Assembly (NCBI RefSeq): GCF_018350175.1
Contig: NC_058383.1
Location: 13,084,001-13,148,000 of the forward strand
Source of the DNA: Felis catus
Lineage: Eukaryota
DNA length: 64,000 nucleotides
Reading direction: 5' to 3'
A program made the position numbers and the translations under genes. Below, in pieces: positions 13,036 through 25,223 of this stretch; positions within the stretch are counted from its first letter, which is position 1; every line of letters starts with the position of its first letter. The notes under the pieces are model-generated. The model was not told the DNA's origin. It ran no database searches and saw nothing but the letters and a program-made list of their open reading frames with translations.

Positions 13036-15422
13036 AAAACAGTCATTTTTAAAATACGTCCTATTTTCCTGCCTACTTCCACATTCCTTCTGAAAGACTG
13101 CTCTCGGAGGTAAAAATACAGCTGTTGATACAAAGGCTGAGCCAAGGAATACTTTTGTCTTATACTCCTGAGGTATGGTCCTTGACTGTTCGCCTACATG
13201 ACAACCTAACTCATCTTCTTTCCTTGACAACCAGGTAAAAGACCAGGGCTGTGATGCAGAGTGAGACACAAGCAGAAAGTACTGTATATTGAATACTACA
13301 GTAGTCAGGCTTCTTCTGCACTTTTTCTTTGTCAGTTTAGACTACCTGGAATATTGTGTTGACATGTAGGTAACTGAGGACAAATTGCAGTTATTGATCT
13401 GAGAATTGCTCCTTAGGTTCCTCTTTCAACAATTATGGGGATCTTCATTTGGGGCAGTAGAATTATTACTTCTGGATGTCACATGTTGGCAGCCCAAAGA
13501 AGAGAATTGTCTTCATATTGTTTTATGGCCATGGCTTTGAAGTCGCTTAAGCAATATTTTAAGCACTACAATTAAGTACAAGAAAAGGGGTAGTTTCATT
13601 GTGAATATATTCAGTGAAGAATAGGATGTCAGTGTCTGCTGTTGTATTGTTCAGGCTATATAGATACTTTATTGGAGAAATAGCCTGAGAATCTGGAGTC
13701 TTGGGTTGTAGATTCTGCCTTGGTACTGACACATTGTCTGTCCTTCACTGAATTTTTGGCTGTCTTTGTTTGACCCTCGGTTTCTGTGGTTGAACCAGAA
13801 TGCATATGGAGGGATGCTTCTAATATTGGGGAGCTATGACATGTGTGAAGAAGTTATACGTGCTGGAATGCTTAGAACTCCCTTTCCCTTAAAAATGTTA
13901 AAAAATCGATTTCAAAAATCACAAATTACCTGGACTTTGGTGGTATGACTAATTTTAGGTGAACCTGCACTTAAATGTGTAATAAGTACAAAGAACAAGA
14001 CCTCAGATTTCTACTTGGCAGTAATGACTCACTTTGGCAAAATTATGATGTGCATATGGTTATGAGACTACTGTAGATCCCAGTGGGTACATTAGATTGA
14101 AAAACCTTAAATGGAGTGGGCTCATGCATATGGTTTTTAGCAGATGATAAAAGCCTTTTGCTGAGAAGAGACTAGTATGAAATGCTAAGACCTCTTTGTT
14201 TGGGGGCCATACCTGTTGGCAGCTATCTGAGAATTGTAATTTTAGATCTCTCAAGTTGAAATCATGGAAATCTGTTTCTTCCGAGTAATTCGTGGTGAAG
14301 GAATGTAATGAAATTATTTCTAAATTTTTTTTTTCCCAACAACTAACTCATGATCTTGGACGTGCCAGGTTTTACTTTTCTAATTTTGCAGCAAGTAAAT
14401 TTTGGAGCAAATGTATTGATTCCTCTGGTTTTGGAAAATCCTCCCCTGTATCTAGTGTCACCTCACTGGGACTTCTCAACAGTCATTGGGGTGAAGTGCT
14501 CACTGTACTGGGTTTCCTTATCTCTTCTAGACGAGTGCTCTTCCTTCAGTAAATGTTTGATGTGAATTACATATGTCCCAAACCCTGTTGTTATTATAGA
14601 GACATTAAGAGGAATATAAGAGATAGGTCTCTATTTTCCAGGGCTTCATCCTCGGGTTACCTAATTACTTTGAAACAGTTTAAGGTAAATAAACTGTGCA
14701 AAATACTCTTTGAAAAGTTGTTGAATGATAGATATGCTCTTAGTTTCTCACTAATCTCCCTAGTGGCTTTTCTAATGCCATATATTTTTCTTGGGAGAGT
14801 TTTCTTGCAGCTGTATTTGTGATCTTGGTCTAGGATTTATGAGCTGCCACCATTAAGGTCTCCCTCTGGCTTTGTCATCAGAGGTGGAGGGTTGTGTGTG
14901 GTTTGTTTTCTTATTGTTAATATGTGAGAATTTTTCCTAATCAAAATAAATGCATAAGTGTTTTTCTTGACTTTGTCTTTTTTGGACTGACTTATTAAGA
15001 TAAATGTGTGAATTCTGAAAATTTGTTTCTGAGATTAAAGACAAAATTTCCAAAGCTGTATGCATTGTGGTTGTCTAAAGAAATGTATGTCTTCTGGTTT
15101 CAGCATTAGAGTTGGATTTTTTTTTTAACTTGACTGTTAAAACTAAGGCAAATGGAAAAGTAAAAATGAAACAAAAATGCATTGTGGTTGGAAGTGGAAG
15201 GAATAATTCAGGGCATGTAAGAAAACCATTCTGGATCTTACTGATAATGTTGGGAGATTAGTAACTGTTGACTGACTCCAAGGACGTTTTAGTGGCATTC
15301 TGCTGGCTACCTTGCATTTGTAGAATCAAATTGCATCATCTTTGGCTTTTTGACCACATGCACTTAGTCTGTGAATGGCTTGGATCTCTGGCTAGGTCAG
15401 CATTGTGTTTAAATACAAACTA

Positions 15423-15766
15423 CAGTTGACCCTCGAACAATACAGATTTGAACTGCATGGGTCCACTTACTTTTTTTTTTTTTTTTTTTTTGGTAATTAC
15501 AATACTGTAATGTAAATGCATTTTTTCTTCCTTATGATTAAATAACATTTTTTTCCTGTAGCTTGCTTTATTGTAAGAATACAATATACAATACATACAA
15601 CACAAAAAATGTGCATCAATCAACTGCTTATATCACTGGCAAGGCTTCTAGTCCACAGTAGGCTATTAGTCGTTAAGTTTTGGGGGAGTCAGAAGTTATA
15701 GGTGGATTTTTGACTATGTAGGGTGTCAGTGACCCCTGACCCCCACATTGTTTGGGGGTAAGTTTT
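15423..15766 (+). mobile_element. Tigger2a (carnivore Tigger2a_Car-like) TcMar-Tigger MITE
   Basis: TA then left TIR CAGTTGACCCTCGAACAA; internal TTTATTGTAAGAATACA and CAGTAGGCTATTAGTCGTTAAGTTTTGGGGGAGTCA; right TIR degenerate. Confidence 0.85.
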
Positions 15767-16636
15767 AATACCGACTAGCTCTGTCCTCTTTCTAAGCCTA
15801 GAGAGATTGATCGGGGCAGTTCAAATCATTTTGCATTATTATTCACCTAACATGAGGTGAATCAGTTGGCTGTTCTTATGAAAGATGTTTTTGTTATCTG
15901 GTAACACAAGTAGCACAAGATTGACTTAACTATTAACTCAGCCTCTTCTAAAACTTTAGAAATGACTTACTGTTTAACCTTTTCCTTTTTCTTAGCACTT
16001 TCACTATAGAGACCTTGCTGTGCAGTATTGACATGTGCAGTAACCATTAATGCGGCAAGAAAAACCACATTTCATGCTCTTGCATGACACATAACCGTTT
16101 CACTTCTCAGGGTGATTTTTGGTTGTGGCCAGCCAGAAACTCCTGATTTAATTAAGATTGTAACATTATATGTCAGAAACAGTTCTTTTCTCCTTACAAA
16201 TTTCCCCACTTCTTTATGAAGACTGTTGACCTGCAGATTGGGTATATTACATTAGAATACTCTCTAGCTAACCCTGGTGTTGTGGACAAGGATATTGGCA
16301 GTATGTTATCTCTTCGTTGATTTCTTACAGAGTTTTTAATATTTTTTTGTACCTTTCCTTCCTTTAGGTGTTGGTTTCTTTTCTTGTAGCAGAAGAAATA
16401 GTGTTGATATCGTTTCCCTGAGGATTTATACAGCAAGCAAAAAAGAAATGAGAGAAGTGAATTTTTATTTTCTTAAAGAATAAATTAATTAACATGTTTT
16501 ACAGTGCTTAACCAGCTGTTTGACCATCAGGTATTACAAGTTGGTACACATTGAGCCTGTCTGAATCAGCCCTGTGAGCCAAGCTACTATCTCTTCCTAC
16601 CTGTCATATGTTTTTTTTTTTAAGAGTCATGGTTAA

Positions 16637-17125
16637 TTATTTACAACACCCCAATTATGGAAGTACCCTAAGTGTCCATCGATAGATGAATGGATATAGA
16701 AGATGAGGTAAATATATACAATGGCATATTATTCAGCCATAAAAAGAATGAAATCTTGCCATTTGCAGTGACGTGGATGGAGCTAGAATAGAGAGTATAA
16801 TGCTAAGCAAAATAAGTCAGTCGTAGAAAGACAAGTATCATATGATTTCACTCCTATGTTGAATTTAGGAAACAGAACAAATGAGCAAAGTGGAAAAAAG
16901 AAAGAGACAAACTAAGACACAAACTCTTAAATATAGAGAACGAACTGATGCTTACCAGAAGGAGGTGGGTGGGGGGATGGGTTAAATAGGTGATGGGGAT
17001 TAAGGGTGGACGTGTGGTGATGAGCACTGGCTGATGTATGCAAGTGTGGAATCACTGTGTTGTACACCTGAAACTATAAAACACTGTATGTTAACTATAC
17101 TGGAATTAAAATAAAATAAAAAATA
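16637..17125 (+). mobile_element. 5'-truncated carnivore L1 (L1_Carn-type): ORF2 end, 3' UTR, A tail
   Basis: AAGTGTCCATCGATAGATGAATGGAT...GAAATCTTGCCATTTGCA...GTTAACTATACTGGAATTAAAATAAAA; TSD AAGAGTCATGGTTAA (16622-16636) / AAGAGGCACAGTTAA (17126-17140), with an apparent ancestral CpG decayed to TG in one copy and CA in the other. Confidence 0.93.
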
Positions 17126-17287
17126 AAGAGGCACAGTTAACATAAAGTAGATGGTAAATGTTCCATTTCAAGTTAATTTATAAGTATGGTGGGAGGTACA
17201 GATCAAAATTAGTTTTTTTAAAATTTTCATTTATGTGTTTATTTATTTTTTGGTATAAAGACATCCAGTTTTTCCAAAGTCAGTTTT

Positions 17288-17539
17288 TTTTTTATTAAAT
17301 GTTTATTTTATTTTATTTTATTTTTAAGAGAGAGAGGGAGGTTGAGAGAGAGAGAGAGAGAGGGAGAGAGCACAGGCAGAGGAAGGGCAGAGAGAGAAAG
17401 GGAGACACAGAATCCGAAGCAGGCTCCAGGCTACAAACTGTGAGCACAGAGCCCAACGTGGGGCTCGAACTCACGAACTGTGTGATCATGACCTGAGCCA
17501 AAGTCGGACGCTTAACCGACTGAGCCACCCAGGTGCCCC
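17288..17539 (-). mobile_element. CAN-SINE nested in old L1
   Basis: Full SINE body ending CCACCCAGGTGCCCC; TSD CCAAAGTCAGTTTT / CCAGAGTCAGTTTT. Confidence 0.95.
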
Positions 17540-18735
17540 CAGAGTCAGTTTTGAATGAGCTATCCATTCCCTACTGCATGGCCTTTACACTTTTATAAAA
17601 AATATCCATATATGTGTGGATATATTTCTTTACTGTATTGTGTTGCATTAATTTATTTATCTTTCTTTTAGCCAATAATCATAGTAATAAAAGCTTCATA
17701 GTAATTTATGAAATTAGGTAGGTTTAGCCCTCAAACTTTTTTCTTTTTCAAAGTTGTTTTGGCTTTTCTGAGTCCTTTCTATTTGTATATGAATTTTAGA
17801 GTCAGCTTCTCAGATTCTACAAAGAATCCTGCTGGGATGTTGGTTGAGATTATGTTGATGCTATAGATCAATTTGGGGAGAATGAACAATGTAAAAATAT
17901 TGAGTTTCCAACTCTTGAATAGTGTATATATCCCTGTTTATTTAGGTCTTATTTAATTTTTCTCAGCAATATTTTGTTGTTTTCAGTATACCGGTCTTTT
18001 ATATCTTTTGTCAGATTTATTCCTAAGTATTTCATATTTTTGATGTAATAATAAATGGCATCATTTTTACCCTTTTAGTTTCCTTTTGTTCATTTTTAGT
18101 TAATAGAAATACACTCACTTTTATATATTCATCTTGTATCTGGCAGTCTTGCTAAGTCATTTATTAGTTTTAGTAGTTTTTTTTTAGATTGCATCTGATT
18201 TTCACGTGGATGGTGGTATTTTTAGTGAATAAAGACAGTTTGTTTTTTTCTTCCTAATCTGGATGCCTTCTTTTTCCTTTTCTTTCCTGAGTGCACTGGC
18301 TTAGAACCTCCAGGATCATGTTCAATAGAAGTGGTAAGAGCTGACATGCTTGCCTTATTCCTGGTTTTAGGGGAGGAAAGTATCTGATCTTTTACCATTA
18401 AGTATGATGTCAGCTGTAGGTTTTTCATAGATGTCCTTCATTATGTTTAAAATGTTCCATTATATTCTTAGTTTGTAAGAGGTTTAATCAGGAATGTATT
18501 GTTAAAATTTGCCAAATGCCTTTTCTGTGTCTATCAAGATGATCATGTGATTTTTCTGTTTGACTTTGTTACTATAGTGATTTACACTGATTTTATTTTT
18601 GAGTGTTAAACCTCCTGTGCCTGGTTAAACCTCAGTTGGCCACTGTGTGTGTGTGTATATATGTGTCTGTGCGTGTTTGTTTGTTTGTTTGTTTATTTAT
18701 TTACGTTGGCCACTGTATTTATTGAAATAGATGAT

Positions 18736-18952
18736 TTTTTAAAACATTTTTCAATGTTTTTTTAAATTTATTTTTGAGAGAGAAAACAGAGCACAAACAA
18801 GGGAGGGGCAGAGAGACAGGCAGACACAGAATCAGGCTCTAGGCTCTGAGTTGTCACCACAGAGCCCAACTGGGGCTTGAACCCACCAAGTTGTGAGATC
18901 ATGACCTGAGCCGAAGTTGGAAGCTTAGCCAACTGAGTCACCTAGGTGTCCC
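18736..18952 (-). mobile_element. CAN-SINE nested in old L1
   Basis: GAGATCATGACCTGAGCCGAAGTTGG...GAGTCACCTAGGTGTCCC. Confidence 0.9.
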
Positions 18953-19580
18953 AACTTTTTAAATATATTCTTGAATTTGATTTGCTACATTTTTTAGGTG
19001 AATCTTTGCATTTATGTTCATGAATAAAATTCATCTACAGTTTTCTTTTCTTGTGATGTCATTGTCTGGTTTTTGGTATCAGGGTGATTTTGGCTCCAAA
19101 GGATGGCTAGGGAAATATTTCTCCCTAATCAACTTCTTGAGTGAGTTCATGTTAGAATTGTTTCTTTATTAAATGTTAAGTAGAATTTATCAGTGAAGCC
19201 ATCTAGGCTTGGAGTTTTCTTTTTGTGGAAGATTTTTAATTAAATATTCAATCTCTTTTCCTTTTCCTTTTCTTCTGGTGTGTGTATGTGTCCATGATAA
19301 TTTATTATTGAATCTTTTTTATTTTAACACTGTTGAAATCAAGGATTTTTTTCTGTACTTTTTAAAATTAACTTTTTAATTTTAATTCCAGTAGTTAACA
19401 TACAGTGTTGTATTAGTTTCCAGTATACAATGTGGTGATTGAACAATTCTGTACAACACAGTGCTCATCATGTTAAGTGTACCTGTTAATCCCCGCCACC
19501 TATTTTCCCCAGTCCCCCCACCCACCTCCCTTCTGGTAACCATCAGTTTGTGCTCTATAGTTAAGAGGCAGTTCTTGATT

Positions 19581-19619
<39 letters not shown>

Positions 19620-19645
19620 GCCTTTGTGGGTTTTTTGTTTGTTTC

Positions 19646-22250
19646 TTAAATTCTGCATATGAGTGAAAAAATATGGTGTTTGTCTTTCTCTAACTTATTT
19701 CTCTTAGCATTTTACTCTCTAGCTCCATCTGTGTCTTCTCGTTTGGCAAGATTTCATTCTTTTTATGGCTGAATAATATTTCATTGTATACATCTTCTTT
19801 ATCCATTCATCTATTGATGGACACTTGGGAAGCGTCCATAATTTGGCTATTGTAAATAATGCTGCAATAAACATAGGGGTCAACTATCCTTTCAAATTAG
19901 TGTTTTTGTATCCTATGGGTAAGTACCTAGTAGTGTGAGTGTTGGAACATAGGGTAGTTCTGTTTTTAACTTTTTGAGGACCCTCCACACTGTTTTTCAC
20001 AGTGGTGGCACCAGTTTGCATTCCACCAACAGAGCACAAGAGTTCCATTTTCTCCATATCCTCACCAACAGCTGTTGTTTCTTGTGTTGTTATTTTAGCC
20101 ATTCTGACAGGTGTGAGGTGATATCTCATTGTAGTTTTGATTTGCATTTCTCTGTTGATGAGTGATGTTGAGCATCTTTTCATGTATGTGTCTGTTGGCC
20201 ATCTGGATGTCTTCTTGGGAGAAATACCTATTCATGTCTTTTCATTTTTTAATGGATTAAAATTGCTTGATTTTAATTGGATTTGATTTGTCTTTTGGTC
20301 ATTGAGTTGTATGAGATCTTTGTACATTTTGGGTACTGACTCTTTATCAGATACGTCATTTGCAAATATCCTCTCCCAAGACAATAGTTTGTTTTTTTTT
20401 TTAAAGCTTTGTTGATTGTTTACTTTGCTGTGCAGAAGCATTTTATTTTGATGTAGTCCAATAGTTTATTTTTCCTTTTATTTCTCTTGCCTCTGGCGAC
20501 ATATCTAGAAAAATGTTACTATGACTGATGTCAGAGACATTACTGTCTGTGCCCTGTTCTAGGATCTTTATGGTTTCAAGTCACACATTTAGGTCCTTAA
20601 TCCATTTTGAGTTGTGTGTGTGTGTAGGGGAGAGGGTGTAAGAAAGTGATCCAGTTTCATTCTCTTCCATGTTGCTGTCCAGGTTTCCCATCATCATTTG
20701 TTGAAGAGATTGCCTTTTTCATTGCATATTCTTGCTTTTTATTTTGAATATTAATTGACCATATAATCGTGGGGTTGTTTTTGTCTTTTCTGTCTTCTTC
20801 CATCGATCTGTGTGTTTGTTTTTGTGCCAGTACCATACTGTTGTCATTACTACAGCTTTGTAGTATAACTTGAAATTTGGAATTGTGACACTTTCAGCTT
20901 TGTTTTCCTTTTTTAATATTGTTTTGTCTATTTGGGGTCTTTTGTGGCTCCATATAAATTTTAGGATTATTTGTTCTTGTTCTGTGAAAAATGCTGTTGA
21001 TATTTTGATGGGGAATGCTTTAGACCTGTAGATTGCTTTGGGGTAGAATGGGCGTTTTAACGATATTTGGTCTTCCAATCCGTGAGCGTGGAATATTTTC
21101 CCATTTGTTTGTGTCATCTACAGTTCCTTTTCTCACTGTTTTATACTTCTCAGAGTACAGGTCTTTCACCTCCTTGATTAAGTTTATTCCTAGATATTTT
21201 ATTATTCTGGGTAGAATTACAAACAGGATCACTTTCTTAATTTCTCTTTTTGCTACTTTATTAGTACATAGAAATGCAAGATTTCTGTACATTGATTTTG
21301 TATCTTACAACCTTACTGAACTCAGTTATTCTAGAAGTCTTTTAGTGGAGTCAGAAGGGTTTTCTATATATAGTATAATGTCATATGCAAATATTATTTT
21401 TTCCTTACCAATTCAGATGCCTTTTATTCCTTTTTGTTGTCTGATTTCCACAGCTAGGACATCCCGTACTATGTTGAATACAAGTGCTGAGTGAGAGTGG
21501 ACATCCTTGTCTTATCTTACATCTTAGGGGGGAAGGTTACAGTTTTTCACCATTGAGTATGATGTTTGTTGTGCATTTTTCATATATGACCTTTATTATT
21601 TTGAGGTATATTCCCTCTAAACTTATTTGATCAGGGTTTTTATCCTGAATGGATGTTGCACTTTGTCAGATTATTTTTCTACATCTATTGAAATGATCAT
21701 ATGGTTTTTATCCTTTCTCTTGTTGATGTGATTATCATGTTGATTCGTTTATGAATATCAAACCACTCTTGAATCCTGGGAATAAATCCTACTTGATCTA
21801 GTTGATTGATTTTTTAAAATTTATTGTTGTATTATGTTGCCTAATATTTTATGGAGTATTTTTGTACCTGAATATATCTGTAAGATCCATCTGGTCCAAT
21901 GTTTCATTCAAAGCCACTCTTTCCTTGCTTATTCTCTGTTTGGATCATCTGTGCATCAATGTAAGTGGGGTGTTAAAGTTCCCTGATATTATTGTATTGC
22001 TATTGATTACTTCCTTTATATTTGTTATTAACTGTTTTGATTATTTGAGTACCCCAGTGTTGGGGTACTCATAAATATTTATCTTGTTATGTCTTGTTGG
22101 ATTGTCCTCTTGCTAATTATGTAGTTGTAGTGTCCTTTGTCTCTTGTTACAGTCTTAATTTTAAAGTCTGTTTGGTCTGATATAAGCATTGCTATACTGG
22201 CTTTCTTTTCACATCCATCTGTATGGTAAATGATTCTCTGTCCTTTCACT
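19646..22250 (-). pseudogene. L1 ORF2p (endonuclease/reverse transcriptase) remnant, frameshifted, ~1-kb deletion
   Basis: ORF-track fragments [49 protein letters not shown]...FKLYYKAVV..TVWYWHKN and IKYLGINLIKEVKDLYSEKYK are recognisable ORF2p motifs. Confidence 0.9.
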
Positions 22251-22350
22251 TTTTTTTTTTAAGTAGGCTTCACATCCAGTGTGGAGCCCAACTCAGAGTT
22301 TGAATTCTCAACCCTGAGATTAAGACCTGAGCTGAGATCAAGAATCAGAT
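22251..22350 (-). mobile_element. Short 5'-truncated CAN-SINE variant lacking the CT region
   Basis: Poly-T, AAGTAGGCTTCACATCCAGTGTGGAGCCCAA...GAGATTAAGACCTGAGCTGAGATCAAGA; no TSD seen. Confidence 0.8.
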
Positions 22351-22404
22351 ATGAGTCCCTTGACTGATTTTTTAAAAAATAGACATATTATTATTATTTT
22401 TTTT

Positions 22405-23589
22405 TCAAATATACTTATTTTTACTGCTTTTGTGCTTCACACTTTCCTTACTTTTGCTTATGGTCTTTACTTTCCACTCAAGGGGTTCCCCTTTAACATT
22501 TCTTGTAGGGCTGGTTAAGTGGTCATGAGTTCCTTTAACTTTTGTTTTCCTGGAAAACTCTATCTCTCCTTCTATTCTGAATGATAGCCTTGATAGATAG
22601 AATATTCTTGGCTGCACATTTTTTCTTTTCAGAATTAAACAAATTTTTTTTAATGTTTATTTTTCAGAGGTGGGGGAGGGGCAGAGAGAGAGGAAGACAC
22701 AGAATCTGAAGCAGGCTTCAGGCTCTGAACTGCCAGCACAGAGCCTGACGAGGGGCTTGAACTCACGAACTGTGAGATCATGACCTGAGCTGAAGTTGGA
22801 TGCTTAACCACCCGAGCCACCCAGGCACCCCTCTCTTCAGTATTTTGAATGTATCATACCACTCCCTTCTTGCAAGGAAAGTTTTTGCTGAAAAATCAGC
22901 TGATAGCCTTATGTGGCTTCCCTTGTATGTAAGTACTTTCTTTTCTCTTGCGGCTTTAAAAATTATTTTTATTACTACTTTTTGCCATCTAAATTACCAT
23001 GTGTCCTAATGTGGACCTCCTTGGGTTGATTTTGTTGGGGGATCTCTGTGCCTCCTGGATGTGGATTTCTGTTTTCTTTTTCAGATTCAGGAAGTTTTTA
23101 GCTGTTATTTCTTCAGATATAATTTTTGCCCCTTTTTCTTTCTTTTCTTCTTCTGGGATTCCTATAATGTGAATGTTATTATGCTTGATGGTGTAGCTAA
23201 GTTCCCTAAGTGTATTCTTGTTTTGCATAATGTTTTTTTCCTCTCACCTGCTCAGATTGATTACTTTCCATTACTCTGTCTTCCAGGTTGCCGATTTGTT
23301 CTTCTGCTTCACGTAGTCTACTATTTATTCCATTTAGTGTATTGTTTTTCCCATTTGGTATATTTTTAATTTTATTAATTGTGCTCTTTATCTCTGATTG
23401 GTTCATTCTTATCTCATTGTTAAGGGTCTCACTTATGTCCTCCACTCTTTTCTCACGTCCAGTGAGTACCTTTGTGATCGTTAGTTTAAATTCTATATCA
23501 GGCATATTACTTATCTCTGTTTTGCTTAGGTCTGTTACTGTGATTTTGTTTTGTTGTTTCATTTGGGACATATTCCTGTGTCTTCTTAT
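22405..23589 (-). pseudogene. L1 ORF1p remnant (start codon apparently mutated to ATA; interrupted by a SINE)
   Basis: SQMKQQNKITVTDLSKTEISNMPDIEFKLTI (coiled coil), NNIHIIGIPEEE...IQEAQRSPNKINPRRST (RRM), QPRIFYLSRLSFRIEGEI (CTD). Confidence 0.9.
22644..22831 (-). mobile_element. CAN-SINE nested in L1 ORF1
   Basis: SINE body ending CCACCCAGGCACCCC; TSD-like TCTTTTCAGAATT / TCTCTTCAGTATT. Confidence 0.92.
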
Positions 23590-23736
23590 TTTGTCTAATT
23601 CTGTGTCTCTTTCTATATATTAGGGAAGACAGCTAAGTCTTCTGCACTTGGAAGGATAACCTTATGAAGAGGAGGTCCTGTAGTGTCTTGCTGTGCAATT
23701 TCCTCTGTTCACCAGAACAGGGTGCTTCAAGGGTGG

Positions 23737-23981
23737 TTTTTGTTTTTGTTTTTGTTTTTGTTTTTGTTTTTGTTTTTGAGAGAGAGAGAGAGAGAGAGCA
23801 CATGTCTGCTCCTTGTGCCTGAACTGAGGAGGGGCAGAAGAAGAGGGAGAGAGAGGATCTTAGGCAGGCTCCACACCCAGTGAAGAGGCGGATGTGGGGC
23901 TCAATCCCACAACTGTGAGATCATGACCTGAGCTAAAATCAAGAATCAGACACTTAGCTGACTGAGTCACCCAGGCACCCC
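23737..23981 (-). mobile_element. Older CAN-SINE with (TTTTTG)n tail, nested in L1 5' UTR
   Basis: GAGATCATGACCTGAGCTAAAATCAAGAATCAG...CACCCAGGCACCCC. Confidence 0.9.
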
Positions 23982-25184
23982 CAGGGATGTCTTTTATATG
24001 TGATAACGCGCATCCTGTTGTGCCTGAGCTGCTTTTTACCCAAGTCCAGTCATCTGCAATGGCTCTCTGTCTGTTGTGGGCAATGTTTGGTCCCTCTGGC
24101 GTTAGTAGGTGGGTCTTGAGTTGAGTCAGACCAGGCATTTGCTAGAGATGTAGTAGCATCAGACTGCTGCAGGGTGCTCTCCTTGTGTTGTTCCCTGATA
24201 AGCTTTTGTTGGTGGGCAGGCTTGCAGTCAAACCAGTTGCCTCCAGGCCACTGCTGGGGCCTGTTTCTGACTGTTGTGTTTTTCTTTCCCACTCTCTGGG
24301 GAAAGAGTCACTTTGGAATGGTGCTGGCCTCTTTAGGAGCTGCTTGCACGAGTGCCAGACCTGTGGCATCATCTTACCTGGGCTAGGTACAAGAACAAAT
24401 TAGATCGGATCTGCAGAAACAGTTCTGGGGGCTCAGGACAGTGTAGCAGGATGACAGTGCTAGCCAGCTTTGAGTCCCCCAATCTGTCCTCTGAGGGAGG
24501 TGGGCTGTTGGGAGGAGTGCTTTGGGGGGAGCACGGTTCAGTGTCGAGGGACCCATGGAGTAGCTGGCAAGTCCTGCGGGTGGCCCTGCGTTTATTCTGG
24601 GGTCTAGGGAGGGAAAGGGTTCCTGCCAGCTCCTTTCTTCCTGGAAGATTTCCCCTGTGATTTCTGTCCCTGCAGAACATGCACTGAGATTAGTAAATAG
24701 CTTTCTCCTGGTAAGTTCAGGCACCTTTCAAACTGCTGTTTCTGTGCTGTTTCTTTCTCTATGGGCTTTTTGTTGTGCTATCTCTAAGGGCAGGGACTCA
24801 GTTTCCTGTTGGTCACTGGTCCAGAGCCAAGTCTGCTGATTTTTAAAAATCCCAGGTTTTATGTTCTGCTGGTTGTAAGAACTCACGAAATTCGAAATTC
24901 GGCCCTCTGTTTTTCAAATCCAAATGTTATGAAGGTTCATCTAACTCCTGTGGACTTCCTAGTGTGATAGTTTCTCACCCTTTTTCCTACCTGGGGCCTC
25001 CCTTCCCCTCACTGCCAGCAGGTGGTGGTCCATTCTTCTCTCCACTGTGTTTCTGCCCTTCCTACTCTCTCTGATGTGGTCTCTTCTCTACCTTTATTTG
25101 TGGAGTCTGTTCTGCCAGTCTTCACATCTTTTTGTGTTACTTACAGTGATGTGAGTGTTACCTAGTTGTATCTATGGGACAAAG

Positions 25185-25223
25185 TGAGCCCGTGGTCCTC
25201 CTATTCTGTCATCTTCCCCAGAG
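25185..25223 (-). promoter_or_regulatory. L1 5' terminus with decayed YY1-type initiator site
   Basis: Sense AAGATGACAG is a decayed AAGATGGCGG, the motif at the start of mammalian L1 internal promoters; it lies next to the TSD. Confidence 0.6.

Larger units (their letters stand above)
17165..19257 (-). mobile_element. Ancient L1M (L1MC/L1MD-like) ORF2 segment, left part
   Basis: Diverged antisense ORF2 motifs such as GAATTTTAGAGTCAGCTT, TATAGATCAATTTGGGGAGAAT, CAGTGAAGCCATCTAGGCTTGGAGTTTTC; continues colinearly at 25224. Confidence 0.85.
19258..25223 (-). mobile_element. 5'-complete, internally deleted carnivore L1 (L1_Carn-type) with 3' transduction
   Basis: 3' UTR from ~19375, ORF2 and ORF1 remnants, ~1.4-kb 5' UTR whose sense strand starts GGGGAAGATGACAGAATAGGAGGACC; TSD ATTAAATATTCAATCTCTT (19239-19257) / ATTAAATAATCAGTTTCTT (25224-25242), 16/19 identical. 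Confidence 0.92.

Noticed and set aside
19646..23589. Active L1 ORF1/ORF2
   Set aside because: Many frameshifts and stops, SINE insertions and a ~1-kb deletion
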